From the NCBI GenBank assembly GCA_016717145.1, contig JADKGD010000074.1, positions 39,690 to 103,689 on the forward strand: a stretch of 64,000 bases of DNA, given 5' to 3'. Shown here one piece after another: positions 30,651-41,601 of this stretch. The number at the start of each line of letters is the position of its first letter. The stretch's first letter is position 1. This stretch comes from Saprospiraceae bacterium. Lineage in GTDB: Bacteria > Bacteroidota > Bacteroidia > Chitinophagales > Saprospiraceae. A model generated the notes under the pieces. The model worked only from the letters and a program-made list of their open reading frames with translations, did no database searches and was not told the origin of the DNA. A program made the position numbers and the translations under genes.

Positions 30651-32852
30651 CTAAAAATTAACCCTAACTGCTGTCCAGAAATTCCTTCCAGGAGCATTAA
30701 TTCCGGATGCAAAATATCTGTGTTGAATATCCAACATATTCTCAATCCCAAATTGGATTTTTATTAGATTACTAATCTTGTATCCAAATCTAATATTATT
30801 TGTCATCCAGGCCGGCATACCTCCATTTGGCGCATATTGGGCATTATCTTCACCGCTTGGACTATAATTTTTAATGTCTTTTTTTGCATTAAATATCATA
30901 TAGTAGCTTGCTTCAAATTTATTTGGATTATAATCAATTCCAAATTTTCCTATTAATGGTGGGATGTGATCAAGAGGAGAAATAATTCCTTCGTCCTTAC
31001 TGCGACCAAATGTGTAGGACATTGTACCATATGCAGACCAATTATCGTTAAATTTTTTCTTCAGCATTGAACTGAATCCATAAATATAACCTTTTGATTT
31101 ATTGACAGAAGTGAAGACCTGACTCAATGAGTCATCGTATTGTATAAAAGATTGACCGTCTAATGTGCCTTTTGCCAAACTGATAAAATTTGACAATGAG
31201 GTGTAATAAAGGACATTCTCAAAGCTCCATGATCTATCAAAATATCCAAGATTAAGTTCCTGACTTAATGTTGACTCCGGTTTCAAATTAGGATTAGGCA
31301 CTATGACCCTGCCTGGTTGAGATTCAAAAACTTTAGACAAGTCGTCAACATTTGGAGTTCTGAATCCTGTGCTAATTAAATAGCATGCTTTGAACCCTTT
31401 ATTTGCGTAAATCATACCAAGATTACCGGAATAAACAAGATTTTTCTGTTGCACCGCATCAAAAGGAAACGGGAAAAATGTTTTATCAGAAAATGAACTT
31501 TTTAGGTTATTGTAACCTAGTCTAATACCATCAGTCAGGATTAAGTGACTATTAATTTTATAATTGTGTGTAAAATAGACAGATGTGGTTATTTGTGTAT
31601 TATTTCCATCCGGATACCTGGTATCGAGTGCTGTTTTGGCCCCTGTTGAAATATTTTCCTGCATTGCTCTGGACTTTAAACTATTCCATAATGCGTCAAT
31701 TCCAAGGCGCATTTCATTCTTTTCACCTTTTCTGACGCCAAAAATTTGAAGTCCTGCAATATGAACATCTTCGATGCGATGTTTTAGATTTTCACTTCCA
31801 AAATTTCTGTTATGCCGACTTTCTCTTACACTTTGAAAACTTGTGTTAACATTGATTGACTCAAATATACCTTTTGATTTATATTCAAAATTATATATGG
31901 CCAATAATCTTTTTTGAGGGCCATAATACCATTCTGATGAATTCAAACCATCACCTTTTGGATCTGTAAGTCGATCATAACGCGGTATATTTGTAGAGTT
32001 TGAATATTGCACGTTTAAACTATGTTTAATACTTTCTGAGGGCTTAAAAATTACTTTTTGTATCAGGTCAATTTGACTGTAACCACTAAATTTTTGTATC
32101 AATCTATTTTCATTCTTAACAAGAACATCTTTACCATTGATACGATCTGCGTAAAATATTCTTTCCCCAAAATACCCGGCATCATAAAAAGGATTTTTTG
32201 AAGCACCCATCCTTAAATCACCAAAACTTGTATATGTCACACCCGAAAATAATGCTAATTTTTTCCAGCCCAGATTTAAGGTTGCATTCAGATTGGCCCC
32301 TTGATTTACAGAATGTATGCTTGATGATGCCGAACCAGAACATGCTACTTTTTCTCCATTACCAAATGTTGGATTTTTTGTTCTGAAATGAATTACACCT
32401 CCCAAGGCATCGCTACCATAAACTGTAGATCCTGGCCCACTTAATATCTCTACTCTTTCCAGTATGTTTGGATCAATCGTTATCGCATTTTGAAGATGAC
32501 CTGCACGATATATCAGGTTATTCATCCTGACACCGTCTACTATTAATAAAAGTCTGCTTGCTTCAAAGCCGCGTAAAACCGGGCTTCCTCCACCTTGTTG
32601 GCTTCTCTGCACAAAAACATCGCCGGAAGAAAGTAACAAATCCGCCACATTCAGTGCATTTTGTTGTACAATATATTTACTATTTAAAACGCGAATTTGT
32701 TGGGCTACATTTGATCTTGGTTCCAATACTCTGCTAGCAGAAATAACTACTTCATCCAAGTGAGTCAAAGAATCTGTTTTTATAATAAGTTGCCCATTTA
32801 GTTTTGCAACACTTATAAAACATACCAATATGTATATATATATATTATTCAT
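30651..32852 (-). CDS. TonB-dependent receptor, heme/hemoglobin-receptor-like
   Basis: Plug domain (DEVVISASR, LRGFEASRLLLIVDGVRMNN, GSDALGGVIHF). FRTPN and NPNLKPE boxes resemble the FRAP/NPNL boxes of heme receptors. C-terminal aromatic residue (..VNF). Confidence 0.88.
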   Translation of the reverse strand: MNNIYIYILVCFISVAKLNGQLIIKTDSLTHLDEVVISASRVLEPRSNVAQQIRVLNSKYIVQQNALNVADLLLSSGDVFVQRSQQGGGSPVLRGFEASRLLLIVDGVRMNNLIYRAGHLQNAITIDPNILERVEILSGPGSTVYGSDALGGVIHFRTKNPTFGNGEKVACSGSASSSIHSVNQGANLNATLNLGWKKLALFSGVTYTSFGDLRMGASKNPFYDAGYFGERIFYADRINGKDVLVKNENRLIQKFSGYSQIDLIQKVIFKPSESIKHSLNVQYSNSTNIPRYDRLTDPKGDGLNSSEWYYGPQKRLLAIYNFEYKSKGIFESINVNTSFQSVRESRHNRNFGSENLKHRIEDVHIAGLQIFGVRKGEKNEMRLGIDALWNSLKSRAMQENISTGAKTALDTRYPDGNNTQITTSVYFTHNYKINSHLILTDGIRLGYNNLKSSFSDKTFFPFPFDAVQQKNLVYSGNLGMIYANKGFKACYLISTGFRTPNVDDLSKVFESQPGRVIVPNPNLKPESTLSQELNLGYFDRSWSFENVLYYTSLSNFISLAKGTLDGQSFIQYDDSLSQVFTSVNKSKGYIYGFSSMLKKKFNDNWSAYGTMSYTFGRSKDEGIISPLDHIPPLIGKFGIDYNPNKFEASYYMIFNAKKDIKNYSPSGEDNAQYAPNGGMPAWMTNNIRFGYKISNLIKIQFGIENMLDIQHRYFASGINAPGRNFWTAVRVNF

Positions 32853-32995
32853 AATACAAAATTTTAAATTTGAAATAATCTATCGTCAGAGGTGACAATA
32901 GGATTAAAAATTATTATTGCCTAAACAATCTGGCGTTATCAACACTAGAATGGAATTGAAAAACAAAAATAATTGTCAAAAATATATATGGTATA

Positions 32996-33493
32996 TTAAG
33001 CTTTTGGAGGTTTTGTCAGTGAATTTGTGTATTCATATGATGTACAAAACCTCAATATAAAATTAGTTTGCATTTGTATAACTGTCATGATCAGAGACCA
33101 AAATTCAGTTTTATTGAGCATCGCCGGGGTCAGGATTGATGGAAAAAGCGTGAGTAAGATATTTCCTGTTTCCTGGTTGAATGCTTCAGAAAAAGAGGCT
33201 ATCAGTACCTTTTCATTTATATCCCACAAACCGGTGACTATTACTTTGTTACCATATAATCGAACTGATTTTATGTCAAAGTACTCGCCATCTATTAACA
33301 ACTCAGTACCATTGACTTTATGTTCCTTAAAATATTGTAATTCAAAACTTAATGTTTGCAGGTAACAAGGAGATGCTATTTTTTTTTCTATGTCAAAATG
33401 ATGCACAACTGTCCTTATCTGAAATAAGAACATCCCAATAATACTCTGATAAGTAATACAGAAAACAATAAATAAACAAAATTTATTTTTCAA
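32996..33493 (-). CDS. Hypothetical membrane-anchored protein upstream of the TonB-dependent receptor
   Basis: 165-aa ORF with a TTG start, an N-terminal TM segment, and the same strand as the receptor. No recognisable family. Confidence 0.4.
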   Translation of the reverse strand: MKNKFCLFIVFCITYQSIIGMFLFQIRTVVHHFDIEKKIASPCYLQTLSFELQYFKEHKVNGTELLIDGEYFDIKSVRLYGNKVIVTGLWDINEKVLIASFSEAFNQETGNILLTLFPSILTPAMLNKTEFWSLIMTVIQMQTNFILRFCTSYEYTNSLTKPPKA

Positions 33494-33685
33494 AAGTCGT
33501 TTAAAATTTTAATGCAAAACTATAAATTATTTGTTGTTTATCTTAGTTTTTTTATTGTTGTGTGGTTCTTAATTTGCCGTAGAAAAAAATAAGATCGTAC
33601 ATTTAGTAATCCGGCAATTGGTACAAAATCAAACCGTAATATGTTAATATTTTCTTATTTGTATACTTTTATGAAATTAACATCT

Positions 33686-33693
33686 TATTTTTG
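33686..33693 (+). promoter_or_regulatory. Candidate -7 box (TAnnTTTG)
   Basis: TATTTTTG lies 30 nt upstream of the thioredoxin-family gene start. Confidence 0.3.
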
Positions 33694-33722
33694 CGTTTTA
33701 AAACAAAATTAAAATTTCGTCG

Positions 33723-34256
33723 ATGAATATTATTTTCCTTAAAAAAAGTGTTTTAGCATCAGGTTTACTTTTATTTGGCGTTCTTTGGGTTAGTGCACAA
33801 ACTAACGCTCAACCTTCGGATTTCGCCATTTCGACACCAAGCTACAAAGCAGAAAATGCAGGATGGTTGGTAAATCTTGATGAAGCATATGCAAAGTCAA
33901 AAGAAACAGGTAGACCAATCATGGCTAATTTCACAGGTAGTGATTGGTGTGGTTGGTGCAAAAGATTGACGGCAAATGTATTCATTCATGAGGCATTTAA
34001 ACAATGGGCAGAAAAAAATGTAGTGCTTTTGGAATTGGATTTTCCACGTGGAAAGTTTATTCCCGAAAATATTAAAGGACAAAACGCAAGTCTGCAACAA
34101 GCTTTTCAAGTACAGGGTTTTCCAACAATATGGGTCTTTAGATTGGACAAAAATGAAGCAACAAATCAATATAGCATAGAATCATTGGGTAAAACGGGTT
34201 ATATGGCAACTGTGGAAGAATTCACATCAGGCATAGACCAGATGATTAAAAAGTAA
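33723..34256 (+). CDS. Secreted thioredoxin-fold protein
   Basis: Signal peptide and the FTGSDWCGWCKRL CxxC motif. Confidence 0.75.
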   Translation: MNIIFLKKSVLASGLLLFGVLWVSAQTNAQPSDFAISTPSYKAENAGWLVNLDEAYAKSKETGRPIMANFTGSDWCGWCKRLTANVFIHEAFKQWAEKNVVLLELDFPRGKFIPENIKGQNASLQQAFQVQGFPTIWVFRLDKNEATNQYSIESLGKTGYMATVEEFTSGIDQMIKK

Positions 34257-34278
34257 TACATTTTCCATAATCAATATT

Positions 34279-34320
34279 AAAAGGACCATGCAATTTTTTT
34301 GTATGGTCCTTTTGTTTTTT
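34279..34320 (+). terminator. Rho-independent terminator
   Basis: Stem AAAAGGACCAT (34279-34289) / ATGGTCCTTTT (34303-34313) followed by a T-rich tail. Confidence 0.75.
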
Positions 34321-34581
34321 ATCTGCAGTTCCCAATAATTTTAGTTTAAATTTTTCGGCAAAACAATTTGGCTCTGCGACATTAATCATAGTTAGTGGCA
34401 AATCCATAGAATCTTTATGCTATTTGGACGAAAATCCTTTAAAATTTCTTTCAGTATTTGTTACATTTGCGTAATCTTATTTTTTATTTAAATTAAGAAT
34501 AAAAAATATCATACATGTTTTGGCTTAGCTTTTTACTTTAATTCTTTTACAAGCTGAATTTTTCACAACATAACAACAACA

Positions 34582-36350
34582 ATGAAATCATTCTTTCCAA
34601 CATTTTTCGCCTCATGTTTAGGTGTTTTTGCGGCGTTCGCATTATGCTTATTTGTTATCATAGCAATGGGTATATCCGGAATGTCAAAAACAACAGGATA
34701 TAGTGACAATACCATTCTAAAACTAAAACTTGAAGAATTTATACCTGAAAAAACAGATAATGTAAGTCAGCAATCCGTATTTATGGGCGGACAAGGCGAA
34801 TCAATCGGCTTGAGAAGAATCTTAAAGTTATTGGAAGCTGCTGCAGCAGATTCCAAGATATCCGGAATTGTTTTAGAAAATAATTCTGTTGCCATCGGTC
34901 AGGCAAGTATATTAAGTTTAATGCAGGGTTTTGAAAATTTAAAGAAAGTGGAAAATTTATTTATTCTTACGCCGATAACCATTCTCAGTCATCATATGTA
35001 TTATGTTCGGTGGCTGACTCTATGTTTATAAATCCTCAAGGCGGTGTGGATTTGAAAGGATATGGCGCTTCTATACCTTTTTTCAAGAATATGCTGGATA
35101 AAGTGGGTGTCGAAATGAATATTTTTTATGCCGGAAACTTTAAAAGCGCAACAGAACCATTCCGTTTAACTGAAATGAGCGAGTTTAACAGGCTTCAGAC
35201 GAAAGATTTTCTAACAGACATGAAAAATATCATGGTGGAGAAGATAGCGAAATCAAGGAAGATGGAAGCAGCAAAGATAGAAGGTATCATGACGAATTAT
35301 GATGGAAGAAATGGAAAACTTGCATTGGCAAACGGACTTGTTGATGGCTTGTATTACAAAGATGAATTTGAAGATTTTTTGAAGCGTAAAACCGGTACAG
35401 AGGCTGATAAAAAAATTAAATATATTTCACTTTCAAAATATAATGGCTTGGCCGACATAGATGAAGGAGAAGGTAAAGATAAGATTGCCATAATAAACGC
35501 AGAGGGAGAAATCATTTATGGCTCAGACGAACTGGGTATAATCAGTGAAAAAAGATATATCGAAATGCTGACAAAAATCAGAAACGATAAAAAGATAAAA
35601 GCCGTAGTACTTAGAGTTAATTCCCCTGGAGGCAATGCATTTAGTAGTGATGTCATATGGAGGGAATTGGAAAAAATCAAAGAATCCGGAAAGCCTGTAA
35701 TTGCTTCGTTTGGTGATTATGCAGCTTCAGGAGGCTATTATATTGCAGCCGGCGCAGATATGATTGTTGCACAGCCTAACACACTGACAGGTTCCATTGG
35801 CGTTTTTATGATGTTTCCAAATGCTACAAAACTAATGAATGAGAAAATAGGTGTGACATTTGACACCATCAAAACACACCCATTCGCTACTGGCTTTAGT
35901 CCATTTTTAAATTTAAGTGACAAAGAGAAAGAATTATTGCAAGAATCAACTATGGATATATATGATTTATTTATTGACAGGGTTTCGAAAGGAAGAAAAT
36001 TATCCATAGACAGTACTAAAGTAATTGCACAAGGTAGGGTTTGGACAGGAAAAAAAGCAAAAGAAATAGGTCTTGTAGATGAACTTGGCAATCTTGATGA
36101 TGCCATTAAAATTGCAGCAGATAAAGCAGGTATTCAAACTTACAAAATTGTTGAATATCCTACAATCAAAGAGGACTTTATATCTACCATAATAAAAGAA
36201 ATACAAAAAGGACAAGGCGGAGAAGAAGCCATCAAATTATTTTCCACAAAAGACGAGCGTAAACTTTATGAACAATACCAAAGTCTAAAGGGAATCTTAA
36301 GATGTAAAGAACCAAATGCCAGATTGCCTTTTATATTTGATTTCAACTAA
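34582..36350 (+). CDS. sppA: Signal peptide peptidase SppA, 67K type (one frameshift)
   Basis: N-terminal TM segment and two ClpP-like S49 domains (GDYAASGGYYIAAGAD). The ORFs 34582-35031 and 35010-36350 join if one A is added to the A3 run at 34945-34947, giving ..NLKKSGKFIYSYADNHSQSSYVLCSVADSMF... Confidence 0.9.
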
Positions 36351-36450
36351 TCTATATTAAAATACAATCTTTTAACTAGAAGGAGAACCCTATATAAAAT
36401 TAGTTGGCTTTCTATTTTACGAAAATGGTCAGAATATTTCAAACTGTGAA

Positions 36451-37191
36451 CTACAGTTCATAATTGGGCTTAATAGAATGTATTCTGTCAGAACCATCGT
36501 AAAATTTCCTGATAATACTAACGACATCATCCGGGTCATCAACTATAGGGAGAAGATCTATGTCTTTTTCTGATACGTTATTAAATTGTTTACACATCAC
36601 ATCAATAACCCACTGTTTAAGACCTGTCCAATATTCCGAACCCACCAAAATAACCGGTACCTGAGAAATCTTATTCGTTTGAATCAAAGTCAAGACTTCA
36701 AACATCTCATCAAGTGTTCCAAATCCTCCAGGACAAACAATAAATGCCTGAGCATACTTAACAAACATAACCTTTCTCACAAAAAAGTATCTATGATGCA
36801 ATGTTTTACTTGCATCAATATATGGATTATTGAATTGTTCAAATGGCAAATCTATATTCAAACCTACTGAAAGGCCTCCATGCATATATGCGCCTTTATT
36901 GGCCGCTTCCATAATTCCAGGACCACCACCAGTGATCACTCCAAAGCCCTCATCAATACACTTTGCAGCTATGTCAGTAGCAAGCTGATAGTATTTATCG
37001 TCTGGTTTTGTTCTCGCCGAACCAAATATGGAAACACAAGGGTCGAATCTGTTTAAGGTCTCAAAACCATCAACGAATTCTGCAATAACCTTAAACATAG
37101 TCCACGAATTTTCACCCTTTATTTCACTCCATTTTTTTAATTGCCGAAGTTCGTGTTTATTTGCATTTATATCTAAATGATCACTCATCAA
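36451..37191 (-). CDS. LOG-family (TIGR00730) nucleotide phosphoribohydrolase
   Basis: GGGPGIMEAANKGA and PGGFGTLDE motifs. Confidence 0.85.
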   Translation of the reverse strand: MMSDHLDINANKHELRQLKKWSEIKGENSWTMFKVIAEFVDGFETLNRFDPCVSIFGSARTKPDDKYYQLATDIAAKCIDEGFGVITGGGPGIMEAANKGAYMHGGLSVGLNIDLPFEQFNNPYIDASKTLHHRYFFVRKVMFVKYAQAFIVCPGGFGTLDEMFEVLTLIQTNKISQVPVILVGSEYWTGLKQWVIDVMCKQFNNVSEKDIDLLPIVDDPDDVVSIIRKFYDGSDRIHSIKPNYEL

Positions 37192-37270
37192 AAAAACTTA
37201 TTTAAAAAATAAAACCTGCTTTGAAATCGACTATGCAGATAAAATGTATTTTGTATTTGTATAGTCAACC

Positions 37271-38546
37271 TCAAACCAACTCACCTTTATAGTGCTCAAA
37301 CTCAACTTTCAAATATTTGACCAAGTCATTAAAATTATCAAACTTATCAAATAAGGCATCAAAAGAAGACCTGTCACTTTTTCCTTTGTATACAAACATT
37401 TCAACATCTTTTGAAGTAATGCCAACTCCTGAAAGAATAATTAAACGTTCGATAACATTTCTCAGTTCACGAATATTTCCTGACCAATTTACTTGTTGTA
37501 AAAGTTTAATTGCTGATGGTTCAATTTTTTTATGTGCCATATTATATTCGTCACAAATCAAAGAAATGAAATGTTGTATCAAAGTTGGTATGTCATCAAT
37601 CCGCTCGTTTAATGAAGGCACCTGTATAATTATTACGGCTAAACGGTGGTACAGATCTTCCCTGAAATTACCTTTTGCTATTTCTACCCGTAAATCTTTG
37701 TTAGTAGCAGCAATTACCCTTACATCAACAGTAAGATCTTTTTCTCCTCCAACTCTGGTTATTTTATTTTCTTGCAAAGCCCTCAATACCTTTGCTTGTG
37801 CTGATAGACTCATATCGCCTATTTCATCTAAAAACAAAGGTACCGCCATGTGCCTGTTCAAATTTACCCAATCGTTGTTTAATTGCAGATGTAAAGGAAC
37901 CTTTCTCATGACCAAAAAGTTCGCTTTCTATTAATTCAGACGGGATAGCAGCACAATTCACTTCGATAATAGGGTAATCTTTTCTTTTACTGAACTGGTG
38001 TATCCATCTGGCTACCAACTCTTTACCTGTTCCGTTCTGGCCATTTATGAGTACTCTTGCATCAGTAGGAGCCACTTTCTCAATGGTTGATTTTATAATA
38101 GAAATTCCTTCGGAATCGCCAATGATGTCCTGGACTTTAGACCCGGTAACTCTTTTTTGAAGAACCTTTTTATCAGTAATCAATGACGATTTATCCAAAG
38201 CATTCCTGAGTGTTATCAACAATCTATTAAGATCCGGTGGTTTTTGAATAAAATCAAAAGCTCCTTTTTTTACAGCTTCTACTGCCGTATCAATATTTCC
38301 GTGACCGGAAATCATGACAACCGGAGTGTCTGGCGAAATGTTCTGAATTTTTTCGATGGCTTCCATGCCATCCATTCTAGGCATTTTTACATCCAGAATA
38401 ATAACATCATAATGATTTTGCTTAATCTTAACAATACAATCCAGACCATCGGGTGATTCGTCAATCTCATACTTTTCAAACTCCAATATGTCTCTAAGGG
38501 TTTTTCTGATGCTTTTATCGTCATCAACAATTAGAATTTTAGCCAT
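37271..38546 (-). CDS. Sigma-54-dependent response regulator (receiver + AAA+), no recognisable C-terminal HTH (one frameshift)
   Basis: Receiver domain (ILIVDDD...LDVKMP). Walker [15 protein letters not shown]-loop variant [10 protein letters not shown]. Walker B FLDEIGD is restored by removing one A from 37836-37838. The C-terminal ~60 aa lack a Fis-type HTH. Confidence 0.85.
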
Positions 38547-38721
38547 TTAATTTCTCTTTTAAGCAATAAAAATAATGATCAACACCTTTATATAAACTTT
38601 ATGCAAAGGTTTGAAAGTGTAAATATACATATGATTTTTATTATATAGGTAATTTTGTTACTGTCAATTTTATAAATATTATTTATTTTTATAATTTGTA
38701 TTAAATTAATGTAACAGTTCA

Positions 38722-38729
38722 TATCTTTG
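38722..38729 (+). promoter_or_regulatory. Candidate -7 box (TAnnTTTG) upstream of ddl
   Basis: TATCTTTG lies 50 nt upstream of the ddl ATG. Confidence 0.3.
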
Positions 38730-38778
38730 ATTTGTAATTTCTTATATAATAATTTTAAACATTCTTAAAAGCAGTTAA

Positions 38779-39872
38779 ATGTCAATTTTAAATCTTGCAG
38801 TTTTAATAGGAGGCAAATCTACAGAACATGAAATTTCTTTGAGGTCCGGTCGAAGCATTATTAATGCATTAAATAAAAAAAAGTATAATCTTTTTGTTGT
38901 TGGAATTAGTAAGAAAGGAAAGTGGTACTTGTATGAAAATGAAAGTTATCTGGAAAATGAACATGATAATAAGAACATTTCATTGAGGCCTTCATCCAGC
39001 GAAGTAAATTTAGATACAGATGGCAAAAAAGCATTTTTGTATAGTAAAAAAGGTAATAAAAAGCTTTTTAAGATAGATGTAGTTTTTCCTGCATTACATG
39101 GAGCCTATGGCGAGGATGGCGCTTTACAAGGCCTGTTAAGAAATGTGAATGTAGCTTTTGTGGGTGTAGATTTATTGGCTTCAGCTATAGGCATGGATAA
39201 AGACATTTCTAAAAGGCTTTGGAGAGATGCCGGTATTCCAATTGCAAAATTTGAAGTCATCACTGCAACAAATAAATCATCTTTTAGTTATGACAAATTA
39301 TCCAAAAAGCTTGGACCTATTATGTTCGTAAAGCCAGCAAATGCAGGCTCTTCAGTCGGTGTACACAAAGTGACAAATAAAGAAGAGTATACTGTGGCAC
39401 TCAAAGATGCTTTAACATATGATAGAAAATTATTAGTCGAAGAAGCCGTCTCTGGTGTTGAAGTTGAATGCGCTATCCTTGGCAATGCTGATCCAAAGGC
39501 TTCCGTCATCGGAGGTATTGTACCCACTGACAAATTCTATTCATACGATGCAAAGTATATCAGCACGACTGGGGCAAAAACAATGATTCCCGCACCAATA
39601 GATCAAAAACTTAGTAAACACATTCAGAATACAGCGATCAAAGCATATAAATGTATTGGAGCGGAAGGTCTTTCAAGGGTAGATTTTTTCTTAAAGAGGA
39701 TAACACCATTATCTTGAATGAGATCAACACACTACCTGGATTTACCGATATCAGCATGTATCCTAAACTTTGGGAAGCAAGTGGTCTACCCTATTCGGAT
39801 TTACTTGATAAACTAATTAAATTAGGTTTGGAACGTCATAAAGAACTTGGAAAACTTAAACTGGTCTGGTGA
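38779..39872 (+). CDS. ddl: D-alanine--D-alanine ligase (one frameshift)
   Basis: [38 protein letters not shown]. The C-terminal [10 protein letters not shown] is in the next frame. The join occurs at the A3 run 39693-39695, where one A appears to be missing. Confidence 0.93.
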
Positions 39873-39906
39873 TGTAATGTGCCAAAACTAAGTGTTTTTT
39901 ATGTTT

Positions 39907-41094
39907 CTAAAAGTCATACACCATGACTTGATCATCATATTTTATGGTTACTTTGGGTTTATTGGAAATTTCAACTTTACCGATAATTTTAGCATCAATA
40001 TTAAAGCTTTTTGAAATAGAAATAATTTCCTCGGCTACGCTAAGTTCAGGGACATAACACTCGAGTCGATGCCCCATATTAAACACCTGAAATAACTCCT
40101 GGTAACTTAATCCTGATTCGTCCTTTATTAAATTAAACAGAGGTGGAATTTGAAATAAATTATCTTTAACAATATTGATGTTTTTATCAATGAATTTACC
40201 TACTTTGGTTTGGCCGCCTCCACTACAATGTATCAGGCCATGAATATGTTTTTTATATTTTTGAACAATTGGTTTAAGAACAGGCAAATAGGTTCTTGTT
40301 GGAGAAAGCACCAACTGTCCTACATCCATTTTGACTCCATCAATGTCAATAATATCTGTTAGTTTTTTAGAACCGGTATACACAACATCCAAGGGAATAA
40401 AACTATTAAATGACTCCGGGTATTTAATCGCGTATTCTTTACTAAACACGTCATGACGGGAAGATGTAAGACCATTACTTCCCATCCCTCCATTATAACG
40501 ATTTTCATAAATAGCCTGTCCTGAAGAACTCAAACCGACAATGTAATCTCCCTCTTTAATGTCAATATTGATAATATCGGATCGTTTCATTCTGGCGAAA
40601 GCGGTATATCCAACGTCAATAGTTCTTACAATGTCACCAACATCTGCTGTTTCTCCTCCTGCCATCATAATGTGTACGCCATACTTGCCTAATTCCTCAA
40701 TATAATCTTCTGCATAATTAATAATGGTAGAAATTACATCACCGGAAATTATACTCTTATTCCGGCCAATAGTGGAGGATAACACTATTTGATCTAGACA
40801 ACCAATACAAGCCATATCGTCAAGATTCATAGCAATAGCATCTTCTACAATACCCTTCCAGACCGAAATATCTCCGGTTTCTTTCCAATAAATATACGCA
40901 AGGCTGGTTTTACTCCCTGCGGTATCTGCATGCATAATATTACAATAATCAATATCTCCCCCTACAATATCCGGTATAATCTTACAAAAAGCATTCGGGA
41001 AAATACCTTTGTCCAAATGTTGGATTGCATTATGGACATCTTCTTTTGATGCAGAAACACCTCGCAAATCATATTTCAGGTCGGGTTTGCTCAT
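39907..41094 (-). CDS. AIR-synthase (PurM)-related protein
   Basis: 395 aa with PurM-like N and C domains (HADTAGSKT, GGETAD, LIHCSGGG). This is the Bacteroidota-type long form. The function as purM is assumed, not shown. Confidence 0.7.
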   Translation of the reverse strand: MSKPDLKYDLRGVSASKEDVHNAIQHLDKGIFPNAFCKIIPDIVGGDIDYCNIMHADTAGSKTSLAYIYWKETGDISVWKGIVEDAIAMNLDDMACIGCLDQIVLSSTIGRNKSIISGDVISTIINYAEDYIEELGKYGVHIMMAGGETADVGDIVRTIDVGYTAFARMKRSDIINIDIKEGDYIVGLSSSGQAIYENRYNGGMGSNGLTSSRHDVFSKEYAIKYPESFNSFIPLDVVYTGSKKLTDIIDIDGVKMDVGQLVLSPTRTYLPVLKPIVQKYKKHIHGLIHCSGGGQTKVGKFIDKNINIVKDNLFQIPPLFNLIKDESGLSYQELFQVFNMGHRLECYVPELSVAEEIISISKSFNIDAKIIGKVEISNKPKVTIKYDDQVMVYDF

Positions 41095-41601
41095 AAGTTT
41101 AGTATGATTGGCAAGTTTAATAATGTTGCAAAGGTAAGATTCATTGTGTCTAAATTAAGTATTCGAATAATTTTTATTACCAAGCAATAAATAATTATTA
41201 ATCCTTAGCGCTCAATACCCAAAATTATACATTTAGCTAAAGTCCGGGCAAATCAATTCTTCTATATATTAAACCTTAATAGGAACGGTAATCAAATCGC
41301 AATCTATACGACACTATATCACTTTCGTCAATCTTAATAAATCAGTTTAATATTATAAATATTTTATCAATTACAGTACAATTATTCATTATATATTAAT
41401 TATTTGATATTTAATTCTGTTTAAGGAATAATAATAATTCAAATACAGAATATATTGAATGGGTATTATATTAATAAAAATAGTATATGATATAATTCTG
41501 AACAATAACTTTGCTTAAATTTGGTTAATATGATTATATTTGATCAATATTTACATTGTTTAATTTTTGATCAGGTAATTCCTGAAATTAAAATGTTTGA
41601 T

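Noticed and set aside
37317-37934. 205-aa plus-strand ORF
   Set aside because: It is antisense to the conserved AAA+ domain of the sigma-54 activator and has no family resemblance. It is a typical shadow ORF in AT-rich DNA.
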